A DNA stretch of 17,791 bases, taken from NCBI GenBank assembly GCA_029856365.1, contig JAHQWW010000077.1:1-17791 (forward strand). Direction: 5' to 3'. This stretch comes from Candidatus Hodarchaeota archaeon (lineage in GTDB: Archaea; Asgardarchaeota; Heimdallarchaeia; Hodarchaeales; Hodarchaeaceae). Below are positions 15,140-17,791 of the stretch, piece by piece (the stretch's first letter is position 1; each line of letters begins with the position of its first letter). The position numbers and the translations under genes were made by a program. The notes under the pieces were generated by a model, which saw only the letters and a list, made by a program, of their open reading frames with translations, had not been told where the DNA came from and searched no databases.

Positions 15140-16483
15140 CTATGCACCCTTAAAGGTATCAAATTCCTCAATATATTTATAGTTAGGTGTTAGTTTTCCG
15201 TGATGAACAATCACTGCATTCTTAATTACTGGTGGTAAATCTAATTCGGAGAAAGGTTTTGAGTAATCAGCTTTTGCAATTATTGGTACAAACGGTTTTA
15301 AAGTCTCACTGAAACTAATAGAGGATTCTATGGGCAATTCACAAGGAAGATTGTCCACAGCTATAATTGCCATTCCTATTCCTCCCAAACCAACAGTTGC
15401 TTCATCAGTAAAAGGATTATAGATAAATACTGGGTTATCAGGCTTTGTTGTCTTTAATGTGGCCTCAATGCCTCCTTCAATATCACAAGAAATGTCACCT
15501 ATGATTTGACATCGAATTTCTTCGTCAGATTCGAATTGAGACTTAAGGAATTTCTTAGTTATTAATCTGGGGTACTTATCACTCCAATAAATTGCGTTAA
15601 TGAGGATTGATAGGTATGGAAAATATTGTTTGAATATTCCTCGATATTTGACCTTACCATGATCATAGTAATGTTGTAAATTAAATTCTCCTTCAATTGG
15701 TACAACCATATGCTCCTCTTTAAATACAACTTTATAAACGCAGTTTGGGGAGAATTCTCTTCGATTATAAAAGTCTTTTAGTTCCGTTGGGTCAATCTCC
15801 TCGACTGGTAGGAATTTTAACATGGATTGGGCACCAGTTGAAACGTTACCATAACCAGCGAAACCTATCACAAGAGGAACAAGTTCTTTTGGGAGTCCTT
15901 TTTCAATTATTTCCTTACCAACCTCAGATACAGCTTTTCTTGCACTATCTAAACTTTCATATTCCCAAGTGTGTTTTACTTTTAAGAAAGGATTTTCCAA
16001 TTTTTGATTCATTTTAACTCTTTGACCAAATCCCCAAAGAATTTCAATCATCCCAGCTAAGCCAGCCCAATTTCCAAAAAAGATAAGACGAAATCCTTTC
16101 TCGTTAACCACTTTCTCATAATCAATGAGAGTGGATTTTGTCTCCATTATTCTTTTCAACATCGGCATGTTTTGTTTCTGGCCTTTTATTGTATGTGAAA
16201 AGAATATATAGGTTTTTGGGGAGTCTTGAGCCTCAATGACTGGAAGTGGGATTTCTTTTATTGCAAAAATCACATTTGCTTCTTCAATGCCAGGGATTAC
16301 TTTAATTCCAATTTCACGATATTCTTCATCTTTGAAAGCGCGAATTGAAGAAGATTGTACAATAAAATCGATAGATTCTTTATTAATTAAATCTTTCATA
16401 TCATTGGGGACAATGGGAACCCTTTTCTCCCAAATATTTTTGTTTTCTAAACGTATACCTATAATATTGTTCATAAGGAGCAC
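15140..16483 (-). CDS. Lysine-ketoglutarate reductase (LKR/LOR domain of alpha-aminoadipic semialdehyde synthase; AlaDH/PNT fold)
   Basis: GIRLENKNIWEKRVP, FFSHTIKGQ..NMPML, LIDYEKVV..KG.RLIFFG.WAG.AGMI, GYGNVS.GA, INAIYW...YPRL, DISCD..GGIE and AVDNLPCELP.ESS..F, all matching AASS LKR motifs. Alternative start at ATG 16474. Confidence 0.9.
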   Translation of the reverse strand: MLLMNNIIGIRLENKNIWEKRVPIVPNDMKDLINKESIDFIVQSSSIRAFKDEEYREIGIKVIPGIEEANVIFAIKEIPLPVIEAQDSPKTYIFFSHTIKGQKQNMPMLKRIMETKSTLIDYEKVVNEKGFRLIFFGNWAGLAGMIEILWGFGQRVKMNQKLENPFLKVKHTWEYESLDSARKAVSEVGKEIIEKGLPKELVPLVIGFAGYGNVSTGAQSMLKFLPVEEIDPTELKDFYNRREFSPNCVYKVVFKEEHMVVPIEGEFNLQHYYDHGKVKYRGIFKQYFPYLSILINAIYWSDKYPRLITKKFLKSQFESDEEIRCQIIGDISCDIEGGIEATLKTTKPDNPVFIYNPFTDEATVGLGGIGMAIIAVDNLPCELPIESSISFSETLKPFVPIIAKADYSKPFSELDLPPVIKNAVIVHHGKLTPNYKYIEEFDTFKGA

Positions 16484-16687
16484 AATCCAAGCAAAATCAT
16501 ATCTGAAATTAATATTATAAAGAAATTTGCTTCTAAAATATCTTATCTACTCTAATGAATGATTACTGAAAAACATTAAGGTTTGAAGGATTTAAGTCTG
16601 AATTTCTGAAAATATGCATTTTCATTTTGAAAAAGAGAGGGGAGTAAAAAGGAGTGGAGTGAAATTGTCAAAAAAATATTATGGAGA

Positions 16688-17203
16688 TTACCAGCGAGTT
16701 CTATCCCTTGAGCGGTTCCTGTCTCTTGAAGAATAGCCACCCCGATCTCCTCGGTCACCTCTGTCATATCCGCCGTAACTACGACGTGGTCTTCTTCTTC
16801 TACGAGTATCTTCATGAACTTCTTCAGATCGATCGTTGTCCATATCAACGGAGTCAAGGGTAATTACTTCGTCTGTATCTTCGAGAGATCCCCATTTTCC
16901 CAAAGCTAGACGCATATGTTCTTGAAAGACATTAACATAGCCATTCTTAACTATATAAGTGTCTCCTTCATTAACCCGATCAACTGTGTCGTCCCAAAGA
17001 GTAAGGATAATTGTTCCAGTCTGATCCCCAATTTTTACATCAGCTAATGTATGTTCTTCATTTGTTTTTCGAGATGTAATAGTACGTGATTCACCCTTTT
17101 CAATAACGACGAAAGTTACTTGAAGCTTTCGATCGAAAGGTGATAAATCACTGATTTTCTTTTCATTTAATTCAATAGTATTGTCGTCTTGAGATTCGTT
17201 CAT
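16688..17203 (-). CDS. ssb: Single-OB-fold single-stranded DNA-binding protein with an Arg/Gly/Asp/Ser-rich tail
   Basis: KISDLSP...VTFVVIEKG...IGDQTGTIILTLWDD...EGD...KNGYVNVFQEHMRLALGKWGSL is the Sulfolobus SSB/hSSB1-type OB fold. ATG 17203 is preferred; the ORF is open from 17257. Confidence 0.88.
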   Translation of the reverse strand: MNESQDDNTIELNEKKISDLSPFDRKLQVTFVVIEKGESRTITSRKTNEEHTLADVKIGDQTGTIILTLWDDTVDRVNEGDTYIVKNGYVNVFQEHMRLALGKWGSLEDTDEVITLDSVDMDNDRSEEVHEDTRRRRRPRRSYGGYDRGDRGDRGGYSSRDRNRSRDRTRW

Positions 17204-17581
17204 AATTTTCACGTGTGTATTCTTTTCACGATAGCTAATGCTTCGCTTGATAATCACATAAAAGAAGAATCAGGTGAAATCAGATAAACTGACACATATT
17301 CAAGCCTTTTGATGTGAAATAAAGCATTTTTCGTGCAAATTACTTGAAAAAAAAAGAGAATTATTAACCTTTTTATTTTTGGTTGAATAAATCCACTAAT
17401 ATGATGATATCTTATGTAAGACCAGTCAATATCATTGTAGATTCATGGGGAGCAACTAATCTTATATAGTAGTGTATTCAGGCTTAATTAATACTTATTA
17501 AAAAAAAATTGAGAGTGTATAAATATCTCGATATAACAAAACTAAGATAGACTAATTTATAGCCTGAACTAGTGAAATTTG

Positions 17582-17791
17582 ATGGTAGAATATGAAGTTT
17601 TTGACAACCAGACGATCTATTATAAGAGTTCAGAAAGCATGTATGAAATTGAGGATGATTCAATAGATGTAATTATCACATCTCCACCATACAATCGAAA
17701 TAAACATTATTCTGATGATAAAGGGGCTGCTTATAATGATAAACAATTGAAACAGCAATACTTAAAATTTCTAACAAGAGTGTGGCGGGGG
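17582..17791 (+). CDS. Partial (5' end) beta-class N4-cytosine/N6-adenine DNA methyltransferase, running off the window and absent from the ORF track
   Basis: Own translation: MVEYEVFDNQTIYYKSSESMYEIEDDSIDVIITSPPYNRNKHYSDDKGAAYNDKQLKQQYLKFLTRVWRG. N-terminal 'DDSIDVIITSPPY' is catalytic motif IV of beta-class MTases. No stop before the window end. Confidence 0.88.
   Translation, partial: MVEYEVFDNQTIYYKSSESMYEIEDDSIDVIITSPPYNRNKHYSDDKGAAYNDKQLKQQYLKFLTRVWRG

Noticed and set aside
15088-15142. Amber read-through fusing LKR to SDH into one AASS-like polypeptide
   Set aside because: The 52-bp gap puts SDH out of frame with LKR, and SDH has its own GGAG SD and TTG start.
1523-16520. Short antisense ORFs (1523-1810, 3234-3467, 3633-3836, 4594-4794, 7613-7804, 9041-9286, 11146-11400, 11270-11581, 12368-12550, 13835-14017, 14156-14389, 15745-16017, 16236-16520)
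   Set aside because: They lie opposite longer, mostly motif-supported genes and show no recognisable motifs; these are typical shadow ORFs.
16576-16863. ORFs 16576..16857 (-) and 16681..16863 (+)
   Set aside because: Alternative-frame and antisense overlaps of the low-complexity ssb tail with no independent support.
17401-17567. Box C/D sRNA (ATGATGA at 17401, CTGA at 17564)
   Set aside because: The boxes are about 160 nt apart, far longer than typical archaeal C/D guides, and no internal C'/D' boxes are evident.
1-17791. CRISPR array, tRNA/rRNA genes or IS transposase
   Set aside because: No regularly spaced repeats, no GC-rich cloverleaf or rRNA-like segments, and no transposase motifs seen by eye.

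Overview
A low-GC (roughly one-third GC by eye), gene-dense archaeal segment. It is most likely from an Asgard archaeon, plausibly Heimdallarchaeia/Hodarchaeales; this is inferred from archaeal Dph2, a single XerA, a longin/roadblock-like protein and a 'GSGTxxDPF/YII' beta-helix surface protein. Gene order: C-terminally truncated hydantoinase/oxoprolinase A, SGNH hydrolase, degenerate CPBP membrane protein, tandem PARP-type zinc-finger + winged-helix protein, longin + roadblock-like protein, Dph2, hypothetical protein, coiled-coil + wHTH protein, XerA, beta-helix surface protein, GNAT, orphan D12-class adenine methyltransferase, saccharopine dehydrogenase and lysine-ketoglutarate reductase (transcribed LKR then SDH, like the fused eukaryotic AASS), single-OB SSB with an RGG/RD/RS-rich tail, and the start of a second DNA methyltransferase. 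The first ~150 bp are a higher-GC MMPL/RND transporter fragment joined to the hydantoinase gene, probably a chimeric junction. The most striking candidate novelty is the two-finger zf-PARP protein. It has a PARP1 Zn1-Zn2-like break-sensor architecture, no catalytic domain and an RPA32/MCM-like C-terminal winged helix. No tRNA, rRNA, CRISPR array or IS element was recognised. All calls come from motif recognition by eye; no searches were run.
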